DNA from: the human T2T-CHM13v2.0 reference genome, Homo sapiens
DNA length: 64,000 nt
Assembly (NCBI RefSeq): GCF_009914755.1
Contig: NC_060928.1
Reading direction: 5' to 3' (one strand)
Under the pieces are notes generated by a model that was given only the letters and a program-made list of their open reading frames with translations, did no database searches and was not told where the DNA came from. The position numbers were made by a program, and so were the translations under genes. Shown piece by piece: positions 41,366 to 57,290 of this stretch; positions within the stretch are counted from its first letter, which is position 1, and every line of letters begins with the position of its first letter.

Positions 41366-43270
41366 ATTGTTGGGTTTGATTTGCTAATATTTTGTTGAAT
41401 ATATTTGCATCTATGTTCATGAGAGATATTGGTCTATAGTTTTCTTTTTTTGTAAAGACTTTGATTCTGGTATTTGGGTAAAGCTGACCTCAACACAGGT
41501 TAGGAAATATTTACTTCTATCTTCTGAGAAGTGATTATAGAGAAGGTGATTACAGAGAAAGAGATTATATAGAATCGGTATAATTTCTTCCTTAATGTTG
41601 TTAGAGTTTACCAGTGAAATCTGGGCCTTATGCTTTCTGTTTTGGGTGGTTATTAATTTTTTATTCAATTTGTTTTGTAGACACAGGCCTATTCAAATTA
41701 TTTATTTCTTCTTGTGTGAGTTTTAGCAGATTGTGCCTTTTAAGGAATTGGTTAATTTTATCAAATGTTTCTTTTTTCCTGTCTTCCTTCCTTCCTCTCT
41801 CATTTCTTTCTTTCTTCTTGTTTCCAGTTGAAACTTCACTGGAAACATAATAAAACAAAACAAAACAAACAAACTCAAAAACACAGACTTCTCAGTTAGA
41901 AAACCTGCCATCTCATATATAATACAGCATCCCTATATATGAGTCTTAAACACACTGTGTTGAGAATAGTCTTGTTCTGAACACAAAACGAAACAAATAA
42001 AACACCCAAAAGAAGCCTTTATGCAAACAAGATGCAAATATTGTTAAGTGTCAAAACTTCCCAAGGGTATAAAACAGAAATGCTGACTATATTGGCAGTG
42101 CTCTTCTTCAGGTATGGATTGAGACTGTCTTGTAGGTATAAATCAGTGCTTACTGATTCAGAGAAATCTGTGGTTTGGTGTGAGCCATTACTGACAATAT
42201 GTCAGAAATGTGCTAGAAACAAGTCCCTGTATTTTTTTCTGCAAGTAATTTTGTGAAATTCTTGTGAGTAGTGTTGCTCCTGGTCTCACATGACAGTTGG
42301 GAAAGTAATGAAAAAAAATTATTGTCTCCAGTGTGGTATGACACCTAACACTATTCATGTCATTTCAGGCATTGCGGCAGCTCTGGGAGATGATTTGGAA
42401 ACACTCTTTGGATGAATGTTCTCCAGGAGGTCTTAGCCACAGATATAATAGTAGGGCAGTAGAGGAGGTGAAGGTTATAGAAGGGGATTATTCTAAGATG
42501 AGACTCTCCTAATTTACTTGTAGACACTGAGAAATATCCAAGTCAAATATTTGGATGCTCCAATTTCTTTTATTTTGGAGTATTAAAAAAATCATACTTT
42601 ATTTTATACTTGCACTCTACTAAAGTTGTGCCTGTCAGTTAAAGAACATTATAAATTCTTATGGAGTCATAAAAGGATAGTAGAATACAAAAAGTCTAGA
42701 ACCCTTAATTTTAAATGAGAATGCAAATTATGGTAAAGCTCTCTATTATCTTTGCTTCATTTTCTTGATGTATCCCGTGCTAATCATAATCACCATGGGT
42801 TTTTCCCTACCCCCAAAAATTGAAAGATGGAAAATAATTTCTGCTAATTGTCTCTCTCTTCCCGGTTACATTCTCGACACACCAGAGAAAAATAATGTTA
42901 ATCATGTCTCGTGTATAATTCAGGAAGTTTATAAGTAAAATCCTAAATGTTGTCTGATTTTCTTAAGCAAATGATATCGTGTTATTTATGCTTATATATA
43001 TATATCTTGTCACTCAATATCATGACTATCTTTCTACAGCAGAATGGTTTAATCTAGTGGCTTCTAGAAGTGGCCCATCTGGCCTACCTATAAGACCATC
43101 TGGGAGAAAGGGAAGTGTCGCCATACACTGATCAGCCTGACACCAGCACTGAATTATTTGTTCATTTCTGCAGAACCTGCGGAGCTACTAGAAAAGGTTA
43201 GAAGAGTGACATCAACTCCAAACCATCCATGACTCCAAAGAAATTAACTTGTCTCATCAAGATATTAAAG

Positions 43271-46200
43271 GGGATCCAGGAGATCATGGGAGATGGGAGG
43301 CAGGAAGAGATTACAGCTCCGACTTGGACAGACAGAGGAGCGTGTGGAAGCTCGCATCATGAATTTTTGCTTCAGAATGACTGCAGGAATAAATCAGGAA
43401 ACGCAAGAGGACTCACAGACCCTCCGAAGGAAGTAGATTGCTCTTGCAGGATGCAGGAGACACCCCAAATACTGTGAGTGCCTAAATTGTAGAAGTGGGA
43501 AATGGAGATCCTCTACTCCGGAACACACACCCCAATGGGGAGACTGAAGTTCTAGATTATGGGAGAAGATTCTGACCTTACCTGGAGCTGAGTCAATTTA
43601 GAGAGCTGAACCAAATACACAGGTAGAGAAAACAGTGGAAAAAACCCTGTGAGCTCACTGGGTTCCCTAGCAAGCTGTCTCTGCCTGGCCTCACAGTGAT
43701 CCTTCACGCAGATGACCAGAGGCACTGGGAATTGGCCACCAAGAGAAGAAAATCTCCAGCTGAACTTTGTAACAATTTCAAATGATAGAGAAGTCTCCTG
43801 GCCAGAACCTGGGGGAGGAAATGAATCCGATGTGCCGACTCCACAGGCGGGAAGAAGGAAAGCCATACTTGCTTTCACAGCTGGGAGGCAGCAAGTTCTC
43901 AGCCTTACTCGCCCACTGCCTAGAAACAGACTTGGTGCTGTTGAAGGGGACATGGTGGGAGTGAGACCAGCCCTTTGGTTTGCATGGGAGCTGGGCGAGG
44001 CCTGTGACTGCTGGCTTTCCCCCACTTCCCTGACATCTTGCATGACACAGCAGAGACAGCCATAATCCTCCTAAGAACATAACTCCATTGACCTGGGAAT
44101 CTCACCCCCATCCCCTACAGCAGCCATAGCAAGACATGCCCAAAGAGAATCTGAGCTCAGGCACGCCCAACTCTGCCCCCACCCAATGTTCTTTTCCTAC
44201 CCACCCTGGTAACTGAAGATAAAGGCATATACTCTAGGGGGTTCGAGGGCCCTGCCCACCGCCTGTTCCTCTCCATACTACCACAGCTGCTGCTCTCTGG
44301 AAAGTGTCACCTCCTGGCAGGAGGCCAAGCAGCACAAAAATAGTGCATTAAACCAATACCCTCACAGAGTCTGTTTCACCCCATGCCACCTCCACCGGAA
44401 CAGGTGCTGGTATCCGTGGCTGAAGAGACCCACAAACAGTGCACATCACAGGACTCTATGCAGGCAACCCCTGGTAACAGCCTGGAACCTGGTAGACTTG
44501 CTGGGTGACTGGATCCAGAAGAGAGATAACAATCACTACAGGTCAGCTCTCAGGAAGCCACATCCATAGGAAAAGGGGGTGAGTACTACATCAAGGGAAC
44601 ACCCCATGGGACAAAGCTCTGTCCCTCTGACAGAGCCAACCCAAATGAGAAGAAACCAGAAAACCAACTCTGGTGATATGACAAAACAAGGTTCTATAGT
44701 ACCCCACAAAAATCACACTAACTCACCAGAAATGGATCCAAACCAGGAAATCCCTGATTTACCTGAAAAAGAACTCAGAAGGTTAGTTCTTATCTAATCA
44801 GGGAGGCACCAGTGAAAGGCAAAGCCCAGTGTAAAGAAATCCAAAAAATAATACAAGAAGTGAAGGGAGAAATATTCAATGAAATAGATAGCATAAATAA
44901 AAAACAAGCAAAACTTCAGGAAACAATAGAGACACTTATAGAAATGCAAAATGCTCTGGAAAGACCCAGCAATAAAATTGAAAAAAATAGAAGAAAGAAA
45001 TTCAGAGCTTGAAGAAAAGTTCTTCAAATTAATCCAATCCAACAAAGACAAAGAAAGAAGAATAGGGAAATTTGAACAAAGTCTCAAAGAAGCCTGGGCT
45101 TTTTAAATGACCAAACCTAAGAATAACAGGGGTTCCTGAGGAAGAAGAGCAATCTAAAAGTTTGGAAAAACATATTTGGGGGAATAATTGAGGAAAACTA
45201 TCCTGGCCTTGGTAGAGACCTAGAAATCCAAATACAAGAAGCACAAAGAATACCTAGGAAATTCTTCGCGAAAAGATCATTGCCTAGGCACATTGTCTTC
45301 AGGTTATCTAAAGGTAATACAAAGGAAAGAATCTTAAGAGCTGTGAGACACAAGCACCAGGTAAGCTATGAAGGAAAACCCATCAGATTAACAGCAGAGT
45401 TCTCAGAAGAAAACCCACAAGTTAGAAGGGATTGGGGCCCCATCTTCAGCCTCCTCAAACGAAACAATTATCAGCCAAGAATTTTGTATCTGGCGAAAAT
45501 AAACTTCGCATATGAAGGAAAGATACAATCTTTTTCAGACAAACAAAGGCTGAGAGAATTCTCCACTACCAAGCCACCACTACAAGAACTGCTAAAAGGG
45601 GCTTTAAAACTCGAAACAAATCCTGGAAGCACATCAAAACAGAACATCTATAAAGCATAAATCTCATAGAACCTGTATAACAAAAATACTATTTAAAAAA
45701 CAAAAACAAAAAACAAAAAAACAAGGTATAGAAGCAACAAACAGCATGGTGAATGGAAAGGTACCTCACATCTCAATACTAGCATTTAATGTAAATGGCC
45801 TAAATGCTCCACTTAAAAGATACAGAATTGCAGAATGGATAAGAATTCACCCATCAACTATCTGCTGCCTTTAAGGGACTCACCTAACAGAAGGAGTCAC
45901 AGAAACTTAAGGTAAAGGGGTGGAAGAAGACATTTCAGGCAAATGGACACCAAAAGCGAGCAGGAGTATATTCTTATCTCAGACAAAACAAACTTTAAAG
46001 CAACAACAATTAAAAAAGACAAAGAGGGACATTATATAATAATAAAAGTCCTTGTCCAACAGTAAAAATATCACAATTCTAAACATAAATTCACCTAACA
46101 CTAGAGCTCCCAAATTTATAAAACAATTACCAATAGACCTAAGATATGACATAGACAGCAACACAATAATAGTGGGAGACTTCAATACTCCACTGACAAC

Positions 46201-46943
46201 ACTAGACAGGTCGTCGAGATAGAAAGTCAACAAAAAAACTGTGGATTTAAACTATACCCTGGAACAAATGGACTTAAAAGGTATGTACAGAACATTCCAT
46301 CCAATAACCTCAGAATACACATTCTATTCAACAACACATGGAATTTTCTCCAAGATAGACCACATGATAGGACACAAAACGAGCATAAATAAATTTAAGA
46401 AAATTGAAATTATACCAAGCACTCCCTCAGACTACAGTGAAATAAAACTGGAAATCAACTGCAAAAAGAAGATTCAAATCCATGGAAATACATGCTATAT
46501 ATGTAATGAAAATATATGCTATATATATAGTATCATATTTTTATATATAAATATATTTATACACACACACAATAGAATACTACTCAGCCATAAAAAGAAA
46601 TGAATGAATGGCATTCACAGCAACCTGGATGTGATGGGAGACTCTTATTCTAAGTGAAGTAACTCAGGAATGGAAAACCAAACAATCGTATGTTCTCACC
46701 CATAAGTGGGAGCTAAGCTATGAGGATGCAAAAAGGCATAAGAATGACACAATGGACTGTGGGGACTCAGGGGGAAAGGGTAGGAAGGGGGTGAGGGATA
46801 AAAGACGGCAAATAGGTGCAGTGTATACTGCTCAGGTGGTGGATGTCCCAGTATCACACAAATCACAACTAAAGAACTTATTTATGTAAACAAACACCAC
46901 CTGTTCCCCAATAACCTATGGAAATAAAAATATATTGAAAAAA
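43271..46943 (+). mobile_element. L1PB1-type LINE: 5' UTR, degenerate ORF1, ORF2 endonuclease domain, large internal deletion, 3' end
   Basis: L1PB-type 5' UTR; ORF1 peptides (PRHIVFRLSK...QPRILYLAKINF); EN peptides (FSKIDHMIGHK...SDYSEIKLEI); 3' UTR gggagctaagctatgaggatgca...cctgttccccaataacctatggaaataaaaa. Confidence 0.92.
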
Positions 46944-47061
46944 AGAATACTTTAATCTATTTCATTCTTTTTAGAGGCTGCATTGCTCATTTGGATGTAT
47001 GAATTATACTTTATTTATTCAGTACTTATTAATTGAAATTTAGGTTATGACTTGAAAATAA

Positions 47062-47363
<302 letters not shown>

Positions 47364-47957
47364 GAAAATAATTTTAAAAAATTATGTTGGCTCATAACAT
47401 AACAGCAAAGCATAATCATAGAAATAAAAAGGAAAATGTATGTCCAATAATTTAGGGTTAATGAATTGATCAAATCTGGGGAAGAATAAGAAATTTCCCA
47501 TATTGAAGTGATAGCTCAGTCATAAACACAAAGATTGAAATATTCAAATCTTAAGTAAATCAGTATTTTATTAAAAAACTAAATGTTATATCAAATATTT
47601 AAGTAAATGAATTAATCCTAGACTATTTAAGTGACTCAATGACATTTACAAGACATTCAAGTTCCCAAAAGATAAGTTGACAAAGTGCATTTCTGAAAAT
47701 AAAAAAAAAATACTTATGGCAAATACACACTAACTTTAATAACAATGATAAATACAAATTGAATTATGGCAGACCAACATCAAGAACAATATGAAGCCAA
47801 GAAATAGGATTAACATAATACTCAAACAATGAAATACTTATTATAATATGAAGAAACTGAGTACAAAATAGCAACCACATAACCATAAAATAATTATATC
47901 TATGTATGCTTTGTCTGGGAGATCAAACAAATATAAAAATAAAAAGTTGTCTTAGGA

Positions 47958-48151
47958 TTTTTGTTTTTGTTTTTGAGTGGCGAGATCTCGGCTCACTACA
48001 ACCTCCGCCTCCTGGGTTCAAGTGATTCTCCCGCCTCAGCCTCCCAAGTAGCTGGGATTACAGGCACCCGCCATCATGCCTGTCAAATTTTTGTATTTTT
48101 GTAGAGAGGGGGTTTCACCATGTTGGTCAGGCTGGTCTTGAACTCCTGACC
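47958..48151 (-). mobile_element. Truncated Alu
   Basis: Antisense right arm and linker; ends at gaactcctgacc. Confidence 0.92.
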
Positions 48152-48179
48152 TAAAAGAAGTATGTAGAAATAGAAATCC

Positions 48180-48375
48180 TGGTGTACAGATGATGCCCTC
48201 TCACTGTGTCCTCACACAGTGGAAGGGGTAAATTCCCTCAGGCCTCTTTTATAAAGACACTAATTCCATTTACGAGGGCTCTGCCTTCATCAGTTAATCA
48301 CTTCCTGAAGACCTTAACTTTTAATACCATCACATTGGAGATAGATTTAAATATATTAATATCTTGGTGGGACAG
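48180..48375 (-). mobile_element. MaLR LTR fragment (MLT1A-like)
   Basis: ggcctcttttataaagacactaattccatttacgagggctctgcc...aataccatcacattgg. Confidence 0.7.
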
Positions 48376-48460
48376 ATTATTAATAGAAATTGGAGAAAAC
48401 TATTAGACTATTAATAGAAATTGAAAAAAATCAAAACAGAAGACAATAAGTGTTATACAG

Positions 48461-49490
48461 CATATTGGTTTGCTAAGGCTGCCATAACAAAACACCACAG
48501 GCTGAGTGGCTTAACAACAGAAACTTATTTTCTCACAGTTCTGTAGGCTAGACATCCAAGACCAAAGTGTTGGCAGGTTTGCTTTCTCCACAGCCCTCTC
48601 TTCATGACTTGCCATCTCCTTGTATCCTCATCTATCCTTTCCTCTGTGTGCACACATCCCTGGTTTGCATAACATTGGAAATTCATTCTGTTTTGTTTTG
48701 TTTTGTTTTGTTTTCTGATAATCCTGGTCTTTTGTTGTTGTTGTTGTTAATATACTTTAAGTCCTGGGATACATGTGCAGAACATGCAGGTTTGTTACAG
48801 AAGTATACACGTGCCATGGTTGTTTGCTGCAACCATCAACCTGTCATCTACATTAGGTATTTCTCCTAATGCTAGCCCTCCCCTAGCCCCCCACCCCCCG
48901 ACAGGCCCCCGTGTGTGATGTTTCCCTCCCTGTGTCCATGTGTTCTCATTGCTCAACTCCCACTTATGAGTGAGAACATGCTGTGTTTGGTTTTGTTCTT
49001 GTGTTAGTTTGCTGAGAATGATGGTTTCCAGCTTCACCCATGTCCCTGCAAAGGACATGAATTCATCCTTTTTTATGGCTGCATAGTACTCCATGATGTA
49101 CATGTGCCACATTTTCTTTATCTAGTCTATCATTGATGAACATTTGGGTTGGTTCCAAGTCTTTGTTATTGTGAACAGTGCTGCAGTAAACATGCATGTG
49201 CGTGTGTCTTTATAGTAGAATGATTTATAATCCTTTGGGTATATACCCAGTAATGGAATTGCTGGGTCAAATGATATTTCTGGTTTTAGATCCTTGAGGA
49301 ATCGCCACACTGTCTTCCACAGTGGTTGAACTGGAAATTCCTTTTCTTATGAAAACACCAGTTATATTAGATTACAGCCTCATTTAACCTTAACTACCTC
49401 TTTAAAACCCTCATTTCCAACTACAGTCACTTTGGAAGTTAGGGATTCAAAGCAAGAATTTGAGATGGGGAGGCAATTCCATCCATAACA
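48461..49490 (-). mobile_element. MLT1B-like MaLR LTR interrupted by an L1PA 3' end
   Basis: gctaaggctgccataacaaaacaccacaggctgagtggcttaacaacagaaa ... resumes at 49341 and ends ccataaca. Confidence 0.8.
48685..49331 (-). mobile_element. 5'-truncated L1PA 3' end
   Basis: ORF2 C-terminal peptides ([25 protein letters not shown]; MEYYAAIKKDEF); TSD core tggaaattc at 48676-48684 and 49332-49340. Confidence 0.93.
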
Positions 49491-49956
49491 TACAGCATCT
49501 TTAAATGTTTGTATTTGATAAATTATGATTTTCAATATGCATATTTCATAAACATGAAATAAATGTATTATCTATATATAGTATATTATTTATTTTTAAA
49601 ATAAAATATTTATTATAACTTCCTTTGAGCATAACGTCGTGTTAATATTTAAGAATCTTTGTGAATAAAAGTCCTATCCCAAATAAACATATTGATTCTT
49701 CTCCCTCCCCTGTGACATCCTGAATGAGTGGTATTCAGCGTCTTGAGTTGCTGCTAAAGAGAACAGATGATGCACCCAGGAAGTGTAGAGGCATTTGCTT
49801 CCTTGAGTGAAACTTGGACAACACAGGAAACAGATGATGGGAACGAGTTGAGCAGGTAAGTTCTCCCTCTGTTTTCTCTTCAGTGGACTAGACTTAAATA
49901 TGCTTCCTCTTTGAATTTTTTTCCAGAGGTTTCAGTTGTTGAAGGAACTTAGCTTC

Positions 49957-50447
49957 TGTATTAGTCAGGGTTCTCTAGACGGACAGGATCACTAGGTGAA
50001 GTCCTAAACTAGGCCATCTGTAAGCTGAGGAGAAAGGAAGCCAGTCTGAGTCCCAAAACCTCAGAAGCAGGGAGGCCGAAGTGCTGCGCTCAGTCTGTGG
50101 CCAAAGACCCAAGAGCCCCTGGCAAACCACTGGTGTAAGCCCAAGAGTCCAAAAGCTGAAGAACTTGAAGTCCAATGCTCGAGGGCAGGAAGCACCCAGC
50201 TTGGGAGAAAGATGAAAGCCAGAAGACTCAGCCAGTCTAGTCTTTCCAAGTTCCGCTGCCCAATTTTATCCTAGCCACACTAGCAGCTGATTATATGGTG
50301 TCCACCCAGATTAAGGGTGGGTCTGCCTGTCCCAGTCCACTGATGCAAATGTTAATCTCCTATGACATCACCCTCAAAGATCCACCCAGGAACAATACTT
50401 CACCTCCTGCAATCCAGTCAAGTTGACACTCAATATTAACCATCACA
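49957..50447 (-). mobile_element. MLT2A-type (HERV-L) solo LTR
   Basis: tgtattagtcagggttctctaga ... aagttgacactcaatattaaccatcaca; perfect 5-bp TSD GCTTC. Confidence 0.92.
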
Positions 50448-50824
50448 GCTTCTTAGTGACTTTGTATCTCTTCATGGCTGTTTGTCAAACTGTAACCAGT
50501 GTGATCATACATTGTGTCATTTTCTTCTACTCTTTTGTTTTGACTCTATGTTTTCTACTAGGGCTTTTACCTCTCAAATAAAGTATCAGCATTTTAATCT
50601 CTACCTCAACTTCTGCTTCTAATTCAGAAAATGTGGGTTAATATGATTAGTTTGTGGAATGAATCTAGAAAACAGATCTTCAGGATGAAATTTAGAGTTG
50701 GATAGCTCACCTATCTAAAAGCATCCCTTGTGGATAGTAGTAGAAGACTAACTGGGAATGCAGCTGGAGCACAATTATTAGACATTCACCTCTGTTTAAC
50801 TGAAGTAAAGTGCAAGAAGAGGAC

Positions 50825-51159
50825 GTTAAGTTTAGCCTAAAGGTTTCTCTGTATATAGTGAACTGTAACCTAACTGGATGTATAAACAGACTGTAACCTA
50901 CTCTTGTGACAATCACTGAATCTTAGCCAATCAAAGGCAGCCAACTGTTCAAACCATGTTCACATAAGGCAAATGTGAGCCGTAACGAATCAGCTGTTTC
51001 TGTACCTTCTTCCATTTTCTGTCTACAAATCTTCAACCACACAGCTGTGCTGGACCCTCTCTGAACCTATGCTGCTTCAGAGACTGCCCCATTCCTAAAT
51101 TGTTCTTTCCTTAATTAAACTCTGTTAAATTTAATGTGCCTAAGCTTTCTCTTTCAACA
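50825..51159 (+). mobile_element. MER57-type LTR
   Basis: gcctaaaggtttctctgtatatagtgaactgtaacctaactggatg...ccaactgttcaaaccatgtt...tttcaaca. Confidence 0.85.
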
Positions 51160-51920
51160 AGAGTAAGTTTAGTAAGATCATATGGTTGTGGCACTTAACA
51201 GGGAACAATTATCAGAATTGTGAAAAAAGATTATTCCCTTTGGTACCAAAAAAGGACTTAGAAAATGAGAATGATGGGCGTGGGACAGTCCATTTCCACT
51301 TCAAGACAGCCTCTGAAATCCAGAGTACTTCTGACAGCTTTAAAGGGTCTTGCATTTCTGGCCACTTCTGGCAGACTGCTGATAATCTGGCCAAGATTCT
51401 AACTACCAGGGGGCCGGGTCTGAAAAGAAGACTAACATGGGTTGGCAGTAGCTCTCCTGTGTTAAATCAAGACCATGACAGGGAAAGAGTAGGATGCTAC
51501 AACTGGAATGAACACATTTAGGTAGACAAATCTGATAATCTTGAGGCCCTGAAATTATCCTGAATTCAACTTTTCAACAGAAACAGCCCCCTTTTACTGT
51601 ATAAGACCTTTTCTCCAGTGTGACCGTCAAAGTCAAGTCTCAGCACCACTGCTCAGATGGGTAATTACAAGCCAAATTTGGGAATAAATAATATACAAGG
51701 AATTGCGGGATCTGACTAATATGCATTCGTAAGAACCTGAGGAACATGTGCAGAAATGCATCCTGAGGGTGTTAAACATTTCGGTGGGTGGTTGCAGAAT
51801 GGAAGGCTGGAGAGGGAACAATTCATTTATAGTGTGCTTCCCAGAAATACTTCTGGTAACAACCCTCTTAGTTCAGATTCCCTAGAAGCAAAGACTGAGA
51901 CAAAGACTCTGTAAGGTGAG

Positions 51921-52082
51921 TCTTTTCCTTTTTCCTTCCTTCCTTCCTTCCTTCCTTCCTTCCTTCCTTCCTTCCTTCCTTCCTTCCTTCCTTCTCCTCC
52001 TTCCTCCCCTCCCCTCCCCTCTCTTCCCTTCCCCTACCCTTCCCTTCTTTTCCCTTTTCCTTCTCTCTCTCTCTTTTCTTCC
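51921..52082. repeat. (CCTT)n and polypyrimidine tract
   Basis: Directly visible (CCTT)n followed by a CT-rich run. Confidence 0.95.
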
Positions 52083-53544
52083 ATAAGGGAATGAAGGAAG
52101 CACATTACAGAATGGGAGGGCCAAGAAATAATGTGTTCTCAGGTAAACTCTTCACTTGGCCTAATCCACATAAATCACCCTACAGGTTGACTTCCCTTTT
52201 AGCATTAGGGCAATCTCTTGCAGTACCTTGTCAGTCTTTGAATGTGGGCTATTCCTGGGGGAAGGTAAAATAATCTTCTGCTGGAAGGGATTCTTGTCTG
52301 CCAAGGGTGAATTCTAAGAGAAAGGGGATGTTTGTGAACTGAGAGCAGCTGACACTCACCACAGCAGATGATAAAAGATTTGAGTGGGACACAACACCAT
52401 CTAGTACAGCATCTAATTCAGTATCCTCAGTACTCGGAAGCGTATTTTATCTATGTATGTTTTCTTTCACTCCCATAATTACCACCAAGAAACACACACC
52501 AATTAGGGAGGCCCACATGTAGAATACTATGAACTTTTCATTGCCTGGTATCTCCATTCCAACATAATTTTTAAAAAAATATGACAAAAGTTATAAGAAT
52601 ACATGAATTAATTTATTTCTGTACACATCTAATATATCTCTAAAATTCAAAAATTTCAATGGCAGTGAAGGGTCATTCATTAATGGACATGATTTAGTTT
52701 GTTGTATCAAGAAATGTCAAGGACCAGGTGAGGATTTACCTAATAACAGTCTTTCAGGTTTACACTGTTAACCTTCAAAAGAGGATAATTATTCTGTATC
52801 AATAAGTCAAATGTCATTAATATTTAGAAGCTATCATATCTTAAGTGATTTAAAACAATAATATAAAGCATAACTCTGGAAAATTATTCTTGTAAAGATT
52901 AAAAGCCATTAAAGACAAAGAAAATATGTTTACCAGACCAGCATTTATGAAATAAATTTTATTGAATTTCTCTAAAGAATTATCTCTATATAAAACTTTT
53001 TTTCCTTTCTCTTGGTATCTTTCCTAGAAGTAACAACAGGTGGAGAGTAACTTTTCTAGAAACTAATAAATTTAGATAACATGTTTTCATGATGTATTTT
53101 ATGTATTAGTAAATGTCCATAAGCAAACTCAATAGATAAAAATTCAGATTTTCAGATCAAATAAACTAGAGGATATTCAGTCACATAACAAGTATTTCAA
53201 AAATATTTACCTTTTTGGCGATATCTGCAAATATGAGGGAAGGGAAATAAAAATTAAATTAGTATATAAAGCGTGACTGAAGAGATAAGACATGTTTAAA
53301 AATATAATTTAATGTAGATAATGTTAAGGTCCATGAAAAATGATTATAAAATTCAGAAGAGACAGCAAGAGCTTTAAATTTCACTAAAATTAACGTTTGG
53401 TAGTTTTGTTTTTAAGAGATACATTTTTATGAGAGCTCAAAGGAGAAAGACATTTTATTTGGCTGAAATAAGCTGGGAACTTGTTGCTTTTGGATAACTC
53501 TATTTCAAAAAAAATTCTTACATTTTGAACTAATTTACAAATGC

Positions 53545-55483
<1,939 letters not shown>

Positions 55484-55554
55484 AAAAGATTATAGCTAAG
55501 AAACAAAAACTCATAAAATAAAATGATAGAAACCATTGATAATTAGACATTGGA

Positions 55555-55640
55555 TACATGTATTGAAATGTCACACTGTACCCCATAAATATGTATAATT
55601 ACTATGTGTCCATTAAAAACAAAAATAAAAGCAAAAAATT
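55555..55640 (+). mobile_element. L1MA-type extreme 3' end fragment
   Basis: tacatgtattgaaatgtcacactgtaccccataaatatgtataatt plus A-rich tail. Confidence 0.8.
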
Positions 55641-56961
55641 TTTAAGTAAGCTGTAAAAATGAAAAATGATAGGAACCAGATAATTATCTCGAAATTATTG
55701 TATAATTCTAGCACAATTTGGTTTCTTACAAATTTTATTTTAGTTGTGCATTCTTGCTTAGATTTGCAAGTGCTATTTTTAATCTAAGACAAATATTGAT
55801 CAGTCATTAGCCATATCTGTGTGATTATATAGATACTTTAATGACAGGTCCGTCTATCTTGACATAATCCTTTGATTATATATGTACTTGACCTTTACAT
55901 ATAAAATGTTACTTCCCTTTCTCATTTTGATGTGAAAGAATTGTGGCATTCTTGACTATAATATGTCTATTGCTCAGATCTACCATGAATGGTGGCATAT
56001 CTTTCCCTTGTTTTCCCCTTTCATACTTTTGAATTATAGTTATTAGCAATGAACTGTCTATGCTATTTTGGTCTTGAGGCACAGATTTTTTAATCTTAAA
56101 AATAAAACAACCAAAGTTTAATTTTCATAGAATTTTAAAGCTCTTGGTATTTCTTCTGGGGGTTTCTAACCATTTTATATTCTATTTTTCAATTATGTAA
56201 TTTTTCCTACTCTCTCTACAACACAGAATATACCTGAGAGAAAATCAAACTTCATATGTATCATGAAGATGGTTTGTCTAGCAGCATTCCTGCAAGAATA
56301 TTTACAAATATCTCCTGCTTTTGCTTTTATTTTCCTTTGTACATTTCCGAAGAACAGCTCAGATGCTCTATTTCGGAAGTGTCTTATGGTAATAGCGCAA
56401 CTTGTGCTATTATTTACTTCATCTGGAAAAGAAAATGTAAACAAATAAACCCAGTGGGTCTCTTCTCCTTGGTAAGAATCTCATCTAACTTATTTGTTAA
56501 ATTTAATTTAATCACAGACCTGAAACGAGAATCCCAGAATCTATAGTTTACCCACCAGACATGTTTAATGAGTATTTCAAAGACAATTGTTGATTGCTAA
56601 AATATTAATTTTAATTCTTAAAATATTAAATTATGTTGGGATTATAGAAAGTCGACAAAGCATATTATCAATTTTATAATTTCATAATATATTTCTATGC
56701 AAGGGTACAGAAACAGGTTGGACCAATATTTTAGAATGACAGACCATGATTTAGGCTTTCAGAGCTTGCTTACTATTATAGAGTAATCATCATTTCTGTT
56801 CATTAGAGATGCAATAACAGTTAATAATTCATGTACATACTTTAAAAATTGTGCAAGTCTTTTTGAATATGATATAGATTCTAATGAAGCATTATTCTTT
56901 ACCATAATTCCAATCTAATCTTTCTTATATAACTTTAAAAAGTATTAAAATAATTTATTTT

Positions 56962-57290
<329 letters not shown>

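Larger units (their letters stand above)
49711..51850 (+). mobile_element. Old ERVL-class provirus remnant (LTR16-like LTR plus gag-like internal sequence)
   Basis: ctagaaaacagatcttcaggatg resembles the recalled ERVL internal start; gggaaagagtaggatgctacaactggaatg and gaacatgtgcagaaatgcatcctgagggtgtt resemble decayed ERVL gag motifs. Confidence 0.5.

Noticed and set aside
44579-46603. L1 ORF1/ORF2-like ORFs as functional genes
   Set aside because: Broken by multiple stops and frameshifts; RT domain deleted.
56193-56546. Overlapping 61-96 aa ORFs in non-repeat DNA
   Set aside because: No recognisable domain or convincing exon boundaries; lengths expected by chance.
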